A stretch of DNA of 64,000 bases, taken from the NCBI RefSeq assembly GCF_036321535.1, contig NC_087436.1, positions 32,924,001 to 32,988,000 on the forward strand. The letters are read 5' to 3'. A model generated the notes under the pieces. The model was given only the letters and a program-made list of their open reading frames with translations, had not been told where the DNA came from and did no database searches. Shown piece by piece: positions 13,221-26,649 of the stretch. The translations under genes were made by a program, and so were the position numbers. Origin of the DNA: Camelus dromedarius. Lineage: Eukaryota. The number at the start of each line of letters is the position of its first letter. Position 1 is the stretch's first letter.

Positions 13221-13704
13221 TTGGGGAAGAGAAGAGCAGAGGATGAAAGATTGTAAGGAAAGAGTTTGTGAGAAATGATTTTCTAATCAAAGATATGAAA
13301 GCCTTTTGCACCAATTTCTTTATCTGCATTTCTAATAGGAAGTTGCTAGCCTTGGCCTTACAATGAAATTCAGTGGGATACTGATGAAATGATAACTGGG
13401 CCGTTACTAAAATTCATGAACATTTTCCCATGGAAAATCCTCATAAAGTCTGTTGTTCTCACAGATTCATGAGTCTGTAAAGGAAAAGGCCTATAAAGAG
13501 AAACACTTGTGCTCATGGATGTAAAATGTTATACCTTCTGCTTGACTGGAACCTCTGTGTAGTAACAGAGTGTAAATGCTACTGATGCAGACCTCCCTTT
13601 TTCAGTCGAGGAGTGTTCCCTGTTTGGTTCTTTTGTATTTGCTCCAGATGATACTGAAGACACAATAATCACTTTGGCATCAGTTTTTTCCTCTTTTTTT
13701 GCAG

Positions 13705-13766
13705 GCTAAGAGGAAAAAAAATCAATTTGACCAACAACAACTTGAAAGAGAACAAGCAGCCTTTAA
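13705..13766 (+). CDS. Probable internal coding exon (62 nt) of a large + strand gene; phase-0 reading AKRKKNQFDQQQLEREQAAF(K/N)
   Basis: Strong acceptor (ttttttcctctttttttgcag|G at 13704/13705) and consensus donor (AA|gtaagt, 13767-13772) in non-repetitive DNA. Purine-rich body. Two of three frames are open (the other reads LRGKKINLTNNNLKENKQPL). Gene not recognised. Confidence 0.72.
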
Positions 13767-14984
13767 GTAAGTGTGGGTTAGTTGTTTTCAGATGCTTGTT
13801 GGGGCTCTTTCAGATTATCATACAATTTTGATGTCTCCTCCTTAAGCACTGTTCTGTGGCTTATTAGTCAATATTATCAATCACTGCCTCATGAAGAAAA
13901 TCAAAGTCATGTTACTTAAAAAGGAGGATATAATACATTTGTTTACTCAATATCAAAACTTACATAAGAATGTATATAACATGTTCTCTGATGACAAGAG
14001 AAACTTAAATGAGATGATACTGCTTGGATGACTGCACATCTCTAGTAAGTTGTATATATTTTAGGCCTTAAATTAGTGTTGTTTTAGACTAATAATAATT
14101 AGAGATACTTTGCCTTTATTATTATTTTGAAATACTGGGAAAAGAGATTTGTTTTGAAGTTTTTTCCTTTAATTGAAGTCACGTTGAGGACATTTTAGGA
14201 AGCTCACTGATGTCTTCCTAGAAATTTAAATCTCTCATAGTTTCTTCATTTTAGGTATCTTTCCAGTAGAAAAGCTTATATTTCTGGCATATTCTAAAGC
14301 CTAAAAGGATATTCAGTGGTCACTGTAACAAGAAACTCTATTTACAAAGATGTTTAGAGCACATAGGTTCTTAAGGGATTAAAGATCTTATTTCATTTCT
14401 TCTTATTGGAAAAAGAGGAATCAAGTGATGCACGTGCAGCATAGGTCCTGGAGTTCTGAGCTCAAGTAATATGTAAAACTTTATGAACTGACTTACGCAC
14501 TTTCCAAGTTGGATTTGTTATACATATGGGTATCAGTTTCTTAGTTTTCTCAGTATTTTTAGGGGCTTAACTGCTGGGTATTCTTTTACTACTTTGGTTG
14601 ACTTGTGCTGCCCAAAATTTTCTGAAAAAAAAAAAACAAAACTGACTTAATGCTTTGCCAGAGGAAATGACACATAGCCTTGTTGGCTAGTTGTAACAGA
14701 GATAAAAGAACCATTGTACACATAATATTTGGCATTATATTGTAGCTTGGGTTTATTCTATCATAACAAAGAAATTAGACTACTGTTGAGAGAGAAAACA
14801 CTGTATATTACATTCGAGTGCTTCTTTTCCGTATTGGTGGAGTCAAAATCCTAGTAATACTCACAAAATTTTTTTTAAAATAAATCAAATATTCCTTATG
14901 AAATTAAAGTGGGGTTCTTTTCAGCATAAGAACTAATCAGTTGATCATTTGAAGAAATACTACATTCATCTGAATGTGAGAAGT

Positions 14985-15566
14985 TAGCCTAATGCAAAGT
15001 TAGAGAGTATAGTTCACAAGACTACCCTTACTTCTGATACTAATCACAAATTTGGGGGTTCCCAAGAAGGTTCTCCTTTCAGGTTCAAAAATTTGCTAAG
15101 ATCACAGAACTCACTGAAAGCTCTTACAGTCAACAGTTGTAGTGTATCGCAGTGAAAGGATACAGATTAAAATCATCCAAAGGAAGAAGTGTATGGGGCA
15201 GAGTCCAGGAGCATTCCAAACATGGAGCTTCCAGCTGTCCTCTGCCCCTGGAGTCGTAGACAGCCAGCAACGATGTGTGATAATACAGAGTATCGCTAAC
15301 TGAGGAAGCTTGTCTGAGCCTTAATGTCCAGAATTTTATTGGGGCTCCATGGTTTACTGCCCACATAGTTGACCTTCTGTCGTCATCCCTCCTGGAGGTA
15401 GTATTGTTACTACAGGGCCCAAAACTCCCATGATGATTCACATCGTTAGACTATTAGGTGGTCGGGGCCCCAAGTAAGTAAAGACATTCTTCCTAGAGAA
15501 CACCTCCTAGTCAAAGAGGGCAAAAGCAGACATTTCTTTGAGTAAGGTTAATTCTTTAATACCACA
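14985..15566 (-). mobile_element. MER21-like LTR
   Basis: cacaagactacccttacttctgatac, cacagaactcactgaaagc, gaaaggatacagattaaaatca, ending aaggttaattctttaataccaca. Confidence 0.85.
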
Positions 15567-15636
15567 AAATCAGTATGAATAACTCTGAGAAAGAGCTGAA
15601 CATTTTGGAGGTAAAGTCTGTCTTTTAGATTGTGGT

Positions 15637-15699
15637 GATGATGATGATGAGGAGGAGGAGGAGGAGGAGGAAGAGGAGGATGATGATGATGATGATGAT
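15637..15699. repeat. Compound microsatellite (GAT)4(GAG)7GAA(GAG)2(GAT)7
   Basis: Read directly from the sequence. Confidence 0.95.
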
Positions 15700-17599
15700 T
15701 TTTGCTGAAGAAGCTTCATGAATTGTCCAAAGCAATCAGCTAGGAACCAGAAAGTCTCAGTTGGTTTCTCCCTGGTTTGTGTGTGTATTAGTCATGTAAT
15801 CCTAAAAGCTGTTTTATTTTGCTGAACTCCAGTTTCATGGATGATGAAACCAGAAACATCAACCCTAGCTATTTCACTAGATTGTAGTGAAACCTAAATC
15901 ATAAAAAGTGTAAAAGTGCTTCACAAAGTTCCATACAAATGTAATTTATGATATTTAATATCTCCAAAAAAGAGCTGGCATTTATGAGTAATCGAATCAT
16001 TTGGTTAGTAATTTTTGACTTCAAATTGTAAAAAATACTGTTAGCAAGGGCCATGACTATTTTTAAATAGAATTTACTGCTATAATACAAAGAATAAATG
16101 TTTAAATATTTTATTTCAGATGTATGATCTCTAGTATAGACTGCAGGGCAGTTTTATAGACAAAACTCTTTTGTTTACAAAAGTAAAAAGTACAAGCTTT
16201 AAAGAGAGATAGTTTAAGAAACATGGAATCACTGGGGAACAAATTATGCATATAATGCATTGATCCACACACCTTACATGGATTATTTTATCATTAATAG
16301 TGAAAGATCTAACCATGGCAGAAATAGAGTCTGCTGAAGCATTTCATAATTTAAGAAATAATGTCAAATACAATCAGAACTAGTAGGAATCTGCCTTTGG
16401 ACAGTACTCTGTGCTTTCTGTATAAATAGACATTATTTAAATTTGTTTAGCAAAATGCAGCTGCTGACAAATAATGCTTGTACTTTTTTGAGACTGTTAT
16501 CTTTTGAGAAGCTGAATAACCAACAGTTAACATTCCAGCTACATGCAGAACATTTCATTTAAAGAACACTTTTAGGCAGAAAATATATCCATGCACACCC
16601 ATTGACTTTTGTTAGCAGTTATAAACTTGATATATTGTCCTAGTTTGTTCCTTTTGTTGGAAAAAGAAAAGGGAGGAATTATGTATCTGGCTCCTGTCCT
16701 GAAGTTGAGCCCAAGAGGGAGGTGATGCAGGGTGAAGACTTAGAATCCTTGCACCAAATCAGTGTCTTGCTGACACCATGAAGCTGTGTATACTTATGAA
16801 GTGCCAAGGTTCTCTGTATGGGCCCTGTTACCCACCTCTAATTCTTTCACACACAAGATCTTCCAGATGTTCCTGAGGAGAATGTGTCTCTTTATAATAA
16901 AAGTTATATTAGCTATCATTTTCCACATACTCCTATGGTACCCATTTACAAGAATTTGTAGTACATTCCCAAACATCTGCAGGTAGTATCTCCATAATTA
17001 GTTTTGAAATTACTAGCCACCTGTCAGCACAGGGATTACTACTATGAAGAATGTCAAATGGGAATTAAAGTTTTTCATTAGGTCACCAGCATTCTACCAT
17101 AGACATATGGTGGGCAGATAGGACTGTTCCAGCACACAATTTTATTAGGTACAGTAAATTTGGAGGCTACATACTCCACTGTTACTGCATATGCATATTT
17201 ACTGTGTGCTTATGTATTCAGCACTAACTGAAAACTGTTTAGGATGGTAGTAGTACCTTGGGGTTTGAGTTATAGATGAAAAAGAGATGTTTGGCTTCTT
17301 CACTTCTTGTACTGAAATATATTTGCTTAAAAAGCAACTGGAGCTATGTAGAAAACATGTTGCTTTTCCTCAGGAAAATGCCATGAAGTTTAATTTTGTA
17401 AATGAGTAACTATATTAGAGAGAATAACTTTTAGGAATTAGGGAGGGGAAGAGAACAGAAGAGTTGTGAAGCTGAAGAACAAGTTTGATGGATGTGGTGA
17501 AACAACTATTAAATATCTCATAGTGCCTGTGTGAGAAAGAACTGATTTGCCTTTGACCTCTCCTTACTCTTCCAGGACTAAAAGGTTATATTCGAAAAC

Positions 17600-17790
17600 T
17601 TATGATGTGACAGGTGCTGTGTTGATCATTTAATATATGTTATTTAATTTGCATAATAACACTTCGAGTTAGGATTTATCATCGTCACCATCATCATCAT
17701 CATCATGTTTTGAGAGATGAGAAATCAAAGACTGCTCATAGTCACATAGCTAATCAGTAGTGAAACTAGGACTTCGACCGTCTGCCCTGG
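17600..17790 (-). mobile_element. MIR with internal (CAT)n run
   Basis: tgtgacaggtgctgtgttga...atttaatttgcataataac...gagatgagaaatcaaagact...gtcacatagctaatcagt. Confidence 0.7.
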
Positions 17791-18170
17791 GTATTTGAAG
17801 TCATCAATGATCTCCATGCTGCTGAACCCAATGGGCTTTTTCTCCGTCTTCTTATTTGACCCAGTAGTAGAATTTGAATAATGTCGTAAATACTCCTTAA
17901 AATATTTTTTATGCCCTCTTGGCTTCAAGGATAAGATATACTCCCTATTTTCCTCTTTCTAGACACTCTTCAAGTCTTACATGGTGCTTCTGAATCTTCC
18001 CAGGGCTCAGTCCTGCTCTTTTCTTTCCTATTTAATTCACTAACTGGGTGATTTCATCTAGTTTCAAAACTTCAATACCATCTCTAGGCAAATGGCTCCC
18101 CATGCATGTCTCCAGACTACTCTTCACCAGGCTCAGGGCCTCCTTCAGACTTAGCATTTTTCTGTCTTTT
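17790..18170 (+). mobile_element. LINE-2 fragment
   Basis: aagtcatcaatgatctccatgctgctgaacccaatgg; cttggcttcaagga; cccagggctcagtcct; ctgggtgatttcatctagttt. Confidence 0.7.
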
Positions 18171-19479
18171 CCTCTGTGTGGCTGGTCAGAGAAAGATAAG
18201 ACCTGAGGTTCCAACTTTGACTCAGAGGCCCTTTAGGTCTGCAGCGTAACACATAGCAGGTTCTAGCTTACTGATACAGTCTTCGTTTGAGTTTAGGACC
18301 CAATGCCTGCCTAATAAAATCAATTTTTTCCCCTTTCTTTCTTTTTCCTTTGCCAATATTCCCTGTGGTCTGCTTCCTTAGGAGGCTTATGGGAAGGGAC
18401 ATTCTCTATGGTCTGGGGCAAGATTCAGGTATTTCTAGATCATCTGGCTAAAAACACCTTATTAAATCTAAATCCCACTTCAACTTTTAACTGTTGGACT
18501 TGTACAGTAACATACTTTTTGAGGGAAATTATAAGCATATTGAACTAGAGAATGTATAGTAAATATGTTTAGGTGTTAGCTTTTCAAAGGAATTTCAATC
18601 ACTCCTATATGATTTGACATACTAAGATATGATATGATATGTATGCTTTATAAAACTTGGTGGGCTTTTCAGTAGGGCTCACCTGGGCCAAGATTGGATT
18701 TGTTTCTTGGAAATATCAAGGATGATTTTTAAGAGGTAATAAAATTCAAATTGTCTTCAGGCTTTTAAATAAAGGACAGGAATTTGGAAGGATTACACAA
18801 GCTGGGGAAATGGCGGATTAACAGTTCTGCTGGTGAAAACAAGAAGGCACATCTGGGAAGTTACAAGTAGCATGGCAAGCGTATAGAATGGATGCAGAAA
18901 GTGGCAGGGTGATGCCAAAAGGTGGGCAGAATAAGAAACATGAATTGTCTTGAACTTGAGAAGGCCTGTAAATGGCATCTTTGTTTTTCCAGCTTTAGTT
19001 ATAAATCAGTTGAGTGATAAAATGGTGTCAGCAGAACTAAACATCAACTTTATTAATGATCAGATCCATACGGGAGAAAGTGACATGAATGTGTGGCAAC
19101 AGTGGTCTCCTTATTACTGAAGTTCAGAATTAGGCAGACTTACCCAGTTACAGTGGTGGCCACACACAATGTAGGTCACCACACATGGAGCCCTGCTTTT
19201 GTGAAAACTACTACAAAGAAGAGTAGAGAAAAATGTTAGCTCTCTGACTCCCACTGAGAAAGAAGGGGAAGCAACCGAGCTTTCTCAAACTTTCCAATCA
19301 GAAAATAAATACTACTTCAATGAGGAGGATTCAGGAGTGGGTTAAAGACCTGGACTGTTTAGCAGACTAGAGAAATGGAGAAAGCAGTGTTACCCATACC
19401 CCTGCCCCAGGATGGAATTTTTTGTGCAGTGAGAAGTGACTGAAGAACTTTAAGCAGTAAATCAAGGCATATTTGTTTC

Positions 19480-20365
19480 GTGGTTGGATGTGGGGTTTGG
19501 TGGGTAGATACAGGGCACTTGGGGCCTTCAGTGTTAAGCTACAGGTTTTAAATGAGTTTAGGAGGCAACAGAGAGCCATCGACATTACTGAGCAGGAAAT
19601 GGTTCATCTGTCAGTGATGTGCAGGACTGAAGGGATTTGAGATGAATTGGAAAACGGGAACCCAAGTAGGAAACATTGACAATAGTGTGGTAGGCAATAA
19701 TTGTAAATACTGAGGTGTTTTAGAGATGAAAAGAAGGAACAAGTGTGAGTAACATTAGTAAGAATGGATAAATAGAACTTGATTAAGTGGTTGAAGAGAG
19801 AGGGAGGGATAAATCAAACCTCAACCTTGGGTTACTCTGCCCATGTGATCAGGAGACTAATGGACCAAATTAACAGATAGAGAAGAAGATGCTGGTTGGA
19901 GGAGGAGAACGTGGTAGACTCATGATAATTGGATGTGAATATCTGAAGTTTGGGATAAGACTTAGTTTATTTAGATTTGAGAGGTTTTCCAACCAAAATA
20001 CAAGTTCAGTATATGACATTAATATAAGATAATGCATGAAGAGACAAGAGAGTAAGACTGAGATCTGAGGCATAATATATAGGGAATAGAAAGAGAAAAA
20101 ATAAGCTAGGATAGTGGAAGGAGAACTGGAGAAATAAATTCAGGCTAACTATACAATAGAAATCATTAGATAACTGTTGAAAATGGTGGTTACTTATTGA
20201 TGAAGACTACAAATTCTGTAAAACTTTTACTCCTTGACAGTTGTATTGAACACAGTGTGAAGATTAATGTTTATTGAAGATTTTGGTATGTGGTATTGTC
20301 AGATTAAGGAGGATAGAGAAAGTATACCAATGAAAATGGAGGCTATAGGTGATTTAGTCAGAATT
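19480..20365 (-). mobile_element. LINE-2 fragment (continues about 22033-22200 beyond the L1 insertion)
   Basis: ggcaacagagagccatcga, actgagcaggaaat, gagatgaaaagaaggaacaagtgtgag, gatttgagaggttttcc motifs. Confidence 0.55.
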
Positions 20366-20381
20366 GAACAAAGATACTCTT

Positions 20382-22016
20382 TTTTTAAAATTTTAGTTTA
20401 TTTATTTATTTATTTATTTTAACATTTTTTATTGATTAATAATCATTTTACAATGTTGTTTCAAATTCCAGTGTAGACCACAATTTCTCAGTTATATATG
20501 AACATGTATATATTCATTGTCACATTTTTTTCTCTGTGAGCTACCATAAGATCTTGTATATATTTCCCTGTGCTATACAGTATAATCTTGTTTATCTATT
20601 CTACATTTTGAAATCCCAGTCTATCCCTTCCCACCCCCCGCCCCCTTGGCAACCACAAGTTTGTATTCTATGTCTATGAGTCTGTTTCTGTTTTGTATTT
20701 ATGTTTTGTTTGTTTGTTTGTTTTTGATTCCACATATGAGCAATCTCATATGGTATTTTTCTTTCTCTTTCTGGCTTACTTCACTTAGAATGACATTCTC
20801 CAGGAGCATCTGTGTTGTTGCAAATGGCGTTATGTTATCGGTTTTTATGGCTGAGTAGTATTCCATTGTATAAGTATACCACCTCTTCTTTATCCAGTCA
20901 TCTGCCAGTGGACATTAGGCTGTCTCCATGTCTTGGCTATTGTAAATAGTGCTGCTATGAACATTGGGATGCAGGTGTCATTTTGAAGTAGGGTTCCTTC
21001 TGGATATATGCCCAGGACTGGGAGGACTGGGTCATATGGTAAGTCTATTCCTAGTCTTTTGAGGAATCTCCATACTGTTTTCCACAGTGGCTGCACCAAA
21101 CTGCATTCCCACCAGCAGTGTAGGAGGGTTCCCTTTTCTCCACAGCCTCTCCAGCATTTGTCATTTGTGGACTTTTGAATGGGCCATTCTAACTGGTGTG
21201 AGGTGATACCTCATTGTAGTTTTGATTTTCGTTTCTCTGATAATTAGTGATATTGAGCTTTTTTTCATGTGCCTATTGATCATTTGAATGTCTTCCTTGG
21301 AGAATTGCTTGTTTAGGTCTTCTGCCCATTTTTGGATTGGGTTGTTTGTTTCTTTCTTACTAAGTCGTATGACCTGCTTATATATTCTGGCGATCAAGCC
21401 TTTGTCAGTTTCATTTGCAAAAATTTTCTCCCATTCCGTAGGTTGTCTTTTTGTTTTATTTATGGTTTCCTTTGCTGTGCAGAAGCTTGTAAGTTTCATT
21501 AGGTCCCATTTGTTTATTCTTGCTTTTATTTCTATTGTTTGAGTAGACTGTTCTAGGAGAACATTTTTGAGATATATGTCAGATAATGCTTTGCCTGTAT
21601 TTTCTTCTAGGATGTTTATTGTATCTTGTCTTATGTTTAAGTCTGATCCATTTTGAGTTTATTTTTGTGTATGGTGTAAGGGAGTGTTCTAGCTTCCTTA
21701 CTTTACATGCTACTGTCCAGTTTTCCCAACACCATTTGCTGAAGAGACTATCTTTATTCCATTGTATATTCTTGCCTCCTTTGTTGAAGATTAGTTGACT
21801 GAAAGTTTGTGGGTTCATTTCTGGGCTCCCTATCTGTTCCATTGGTCTGTATGTCTGTTTTTGTACCAATACCATGCTGTCTTGATGACTGTAGCTCTAT
21901 AGTATTGTCTGAAGTCTGGGAGAGTTATTCCTCCAGCCTCTTTCTTTCTCTTCAGTAATGCTTTGGTAATTCTAGGTCTTTGATTTTTCCATATAAGTTT
22001 TATTATGATTTTACTA
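20382..22016 (-). mobile_element. Young 5'-truncated LINE-1 (camelid-like), ORF2 C-terminus plus 3' UTR, with 16-bp TSD
   Basis: ORF2 peptides [28 protein letters not shown] and [15 protein letters not shown]. (TTTA)n tail. TSD gaacaaagatactctt at 20366-20381 and 22017-22032. Confidence 0.97.
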
Positions 22017-23984
22017 GAACAAAGATACTCTTGAAGGCAGTAAAGGAACTAGTAAAGGAGAAGTGAGGTAGAGGTGGAGTTGGGTGTCAGTTAAAAAGGA
22101 ATTGGAGCTTGGGAAAAGATAGCCAATGAAAGGTTTGTGCCAAGGTTTCTAAGTGTGAATGATAGATATTTAGAAAGTTAGAGGTTAGGAATGGTTTTTT
22201 TCTTCACTTACTGTCAAGTAAAGTTATTAAGTGCTTGATAACAAGCTGGATAATTCAAGAGAAGGTATATTTTGGGAAGCTGTGTGTAAGAAATCCACCC
22301 TAATTTACTTACACAGTAGACTTCTCTCTTCCTATTAGTAGAGATTGGCTGTGAGAGAATTCTGAATCCCTGATTGTTTTCTTTCCTTTGCTTTGCTTGC
22401 ATTGAGGTATAAAACCTAACAGAATAAAACAATATGTGTGGAATTAATTATCAGACATCATAATTCTTTCAGGTGTGCTTAATGAGACCCCTGGGTCTTG
22501 AACTCTCTGAAGAAAAACTGACATATGTATTTCTAACTATTTCCAGTGTCTAAGCATTCAATATCCAGAAAGTGAGTCCTTCAAAATATTTCTTTTACCA
22601 AGTTTTAAGAGAAATCTTTAATCTGTAATATGGTTAAACCTTGTGATTCTTCCCATAGTGTGGAGTTTCTCTGCCAAGTGAGACTGGCTTCTACTGTATA
22701 AATCAGAGCTTTGTTATGTATTAGTTGGCTCAGGGGATATTACAGAAAAATTTCTCTATACATCATTTAGCTTAGAGGAATTTCTGGGAATGCTTTTTTG
22801 CCTATTAATTAGCAAAAAAAACCCTTCTAATATTTATTTGACATTTTTTGTTCATAAAATCCTTTCTTTCAATAACTGTCATTTAGAAGATAGTGTTACA
22901 GGTTGGAAAAGAAATTTTCTGTTTCAGAGGAGCTGTCTTTTCTCCTGAAATTAAAACATTGACAAGATTTAAGGTTATTATATAGAATGGATCAAACTTC
23001 TCAGTGCAGGGATCCCTTCCATAAAACCCATGATTATTGATTATCTAGCCTCTGCTTGATTAATTCTTTTGTGTCTTTTTTTTTTTTGTATTGAATCAAA
23101 ATCTACATTTTAGTGTCATCAAATTTATTAATCAATACACAGGTACACCTTTTGATACTTTGCTCTGCCTCTTATGACTGTTTTTTAAAATATTTGAAAG
23201 CAGCCATTTTATCATGGTGCCTCACCCTTATGTCTTCTCTTTGTTGGATATAAAGTTCCTTTTACCACTACCACTATTCAAGCACGTGGCCTCCAGTTTT
23301 TTCTACTTCTAAGATGTACACTTCTAGATAATATATTTAATCAAAGCTCTTGGTGTTGAAGAACTAGCCTTGACTTTTGGGCTAAATTGCAATTTAGCTA
23401 GATTTGCTTTTTCCAAATTTAATCAAAATAATTTTGAATGTGCATAGATTCATGAAAGGAATCAATATTATTCTAGACTGTAGAAAAGGTTTTGATTAAG
23501 TAGAGAGTGGATGAGACCAGAAATAAAATGGGAGGTTCAGATACTAGAAAGGTAGATTTCTACTTCTTCCATTACTTGCCCATTCTTCAAAGATTTACAC
23601 TTTCATTAGTTAGAAAACCAATAGCAAATGCTCTATTGTATGAGAAGTTTGATAAGATGAACAACTTACTACTTCCTCATCTGTCCCTACAATTTTTCTT
23701 TCTATATCTGTTATATTCATCCTTATCTATATCAATTCTATAACTTTCTAGTTAATGAAACATGGCCAGTGGTGACAATGACAGGCAGAGGGGTACAGTA
23801 ATCTGGAATGTATAAGCCATCACAGGAAAGAAGAGAATAAGGAACATCCTTTGGTGTTCTCTATTTTTGATGTTAAAGAAAGCCCCTCAGCATCTAGCAA
23901 AACTATTAGCCTCCACTCATGAAACAGTAGAGGTCACTCTGGCAATCTCCCCTTCTAGGCAAGGTGAATAATCATATCTAATTG

Positions 23985-24870
23985 AATTCATGCTTACTGT
24001 GAAGATATAACATCATAATTTTCCTTCTTGGCTCCTCCAGATTGGGACTGTAAGATGTCGCTGTCTACTTTGTATATTGCCAGCATATCATGTAGAACCA
24101 TCTCTAAATATGGCCCATTGTTTTTCTCTGCAGTCAGATAGTCATGAAGAACCCCCATGAGAGCATAGGTGCAGGTTGAGAGAGAGGAGAAAGAAGATAC
24201 TGTAGCAGGAATAGGGTCCACGGACTCTAAGCTACTTGCTCATGCAATTTACGTGTGGATTTAAGAATCTGCTCAAGCCTAATTTTATATATTCCACTTT
24301 TATTGGATGATGAATGTTGCAGTATAGGCCCAAATTTAAGATATGATGATTTAGACAACACCCAATTCAAGATGGGACGCTCAAGTCATATGGTAACTTT
24401 GTGGGCTGTTGCCAAACCTTCAGTCTCTATTAAGGTCCGGTAGCATACCAAAAGCTTTATTTATTTATTTATTTTTTCAAAAGGAGAATAGTTATCTTCA
24501 GGGGAGAGCAGAGCTTTGTTTAAAATCCAATAGGTCTGTACTGTGATTTACCTATAGAGGCCTGACAAGAGCTCCATACAGCATTCCTATCTGCCTGAGA
24601 CACTCTAAGGACTACTGGGTTAGTGGGACCATGTCACCAAGTCTCACAGCTGCTTGCACATCATCTTTGGAAAGTTATAGTACCTTATCTTGTTCTGGGT
24701 GCCATTCAAAACTAGCAGCTCTTTGGCTTACTTGGAAAAAGGATCAGAGAAGCATGCCTAAATGAGATACATGTTCTCTCCATAAACTAAAGATGCCCAT
24801 GAAGCATTCAGCTTCTTTCTGAATGGTAGGGGGAGTCAGACACAGCAGACTGACCTTAATTTTGGAAGGG
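23985..24870 (-). mobile_element. Second ERVL pol remnant (RT end to RNase H start)
   Basis: ORF 23994-24221 (IPATVSS..MGVLHDYLTAEK..KENYDVISSQ) resembles ERV-L TPATLPS..WGVPYDQLTEEEK..KDSGEGKSSQ. Homologous to 10200-10430. Confidence 0.8.
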
Positions 24871-24889
24871 ATAGAAGCGAAGAATGATA

Positions 24890-25172
24890 TTTACAGTTTT
24901 AAATTGTTGAACTAATGAAAAGAATAACATTTTGTGATGTGAAAATTATACAAAACTCAAACTTCATGAATTTGAAAATTCATCTATGAGAAATATGAGC
25001 GTCTAAATAAAGTTTTATTGGAATACAGCCCCACCCATCTGTTTATGCCATCTCTATGGCTTCTTCTATACTAAAACAGCAGAGTTGACTAGTTATGACA
25101 GAGATAGTATAATTCACAAAACCTGCAATATTTATTATTTGGTCTTTTACAGAAAATGTTTTCTACCTCTTG
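24890..25172. mobile_element. MER58B-like hAT-Charlie MITE
   Basis: aataaagttttattggaatacagcc...cagcagagttga...atttattatttggtcttttacagaaaatgttttctacctcttg. Confidence 0.85.
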
Positions 25173-25179
25173 CAGTTCT

Positions 25180-25850
25180 AGTCTAATAAATCTAGAAAAT
25201 CTAAGTGAAATGGAAAAAAAAAATCTGGGAAAATATCAAACACCAAAATTTAAATTAGAAATATGAGACTTCAAATGTAAGACTAACAAGTGTAGAATAA
25301 ATTTAGAAATATAGGTGACTCCATTTAACATTTGATGAATCAGATAATCATCCTTCCATAAAACATAAAAATAACATATACAAAATATAAATATAAAATA
25401 TGAATTGTACTGATGAATAGAAAATATTAAAATTATCCCAGTTAATTTTTAAAGCCAGTATAATACTGTATCTAAAGTGAAAAACTGAAAACAGTCTTTA
25501 AAATGAGAGAATTGGGTAGGTAAATTATGTTGTATTAAGTGGTTGGAAAATTATTACATAACCAATAAAACATATAAATGTTAATATAATCATACAATAT
25601 GTAAATTGCTAATGATACAATGTTAAGTGAAAAAAACAGTATATGAAATTGTATATATCTTGTATTACTTGCATGTATAAAAGACAAAAGGGAAACAAAA
25701 GTATTATAAGTGAACATAACAATGCTTACACTGTTCTTGTTAAGGTAGTGAGATTATATAAGGTTTTGAAAAAAAAATCTATATAAATAAATCTTTCATA
25801 ATATGGTTGTATTAACTTTATTATAAAAGGAAAATTCAAATTAAAAAAAA
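25180..25850 (+). mobile_element. Ancient LINE-1 (L1ME-like) fragments
   Basis: agaaaatctaagtgaaatggaaaaa..ctgggaaaatatcaa; tacaatgttaagtgaaaaaaacag; aaggtagtgagattata. Confidence 0.55.
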
Positions 25851-26129
25851 TCACCCACATCATTTTTATATGAGTTACTGATAATTCAGCTTCTCACAGT
25901 TTTTGTAGGAAATCTATTTTTTAGACTATATACAATATTTTACTTGCCCCTACTAAATTTCATCATGCTAATTTTGGCTTCTCCTTATAGCAAATTAAAT
26001 TTTTCATTGTTGCATCTGATTTTTTATCCTTATGACATCTGTGCATTTGATCAACGCATTTTATTTTTTGCTTTTATCCAAATTGTTTGTAACAATATTC
26101 ACTACTAAAATGAAACCACTGTCTTGAAG

Positions 26130-26640
26130 TTCTTGACATACCTTCTAAATATCAAGTACAGTAGACTAATCTCTGTTCCCATTTCTCTATATCATGCAGT
26201 GTTGACCTCTGTCTCCTGAAATGTTCTTTCCTCTTGAACACAGCCTGTACTCGTTTTCTACTATTATTCTTACCACCTAGATGGAAGCATTCTTAAGGTT
26301 GTATATATTCTGACCACTATTCTTTTTCTGTTATTTTCCTTGGAGTATCTTATCTGCTTCCAATTTTCTGAACATCTCCTCTGTGAAGATGGCTGCCACT
26401 TATCTATCTGAGGTCTTTTCCTCTGAGTTCTAGACCTGTATTTCTAAGTGTTTCCTTGACATCTCCACCTGATAGTTCTGCTGGAACTTGAACTCAACAC
26501 TCCCCAAACTCTGTTTACTTTGATGACAACGCTATTCTTGCTATCTAATTTTGGAGTTGTATTTGACATTTATCCAGTTTCCTTTATCTAGTTAGTTGCC
26601 CTTGGGTGAGTTCTGTATAAGCAGCATTTCTTGGTCTTTT
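26130..26640 (+). mobile_element. LINE-2 fragment
   Basis: tcctctgagttctagacctgtatttctaagtg..ccttgacatctccacctgat..aacttgaactcaacac. Confidence 0.75.
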
Positions 26641-26649
26641 CACCCAGAC

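Noticed and set aside
15629..15721. Acidic D/E-coding exon after tcttttag
   Set aside because: It is a microsatellite; the D/E frame stops within a few codons and there is no good donor.
23381..23398. Perfect 18-bp palindrome GCTAAATTGCAATTTAGC
   Set aside because: One such palindrome is plausible by chance in 64 kb of AT-rich DNA, and there is no supporting structure.
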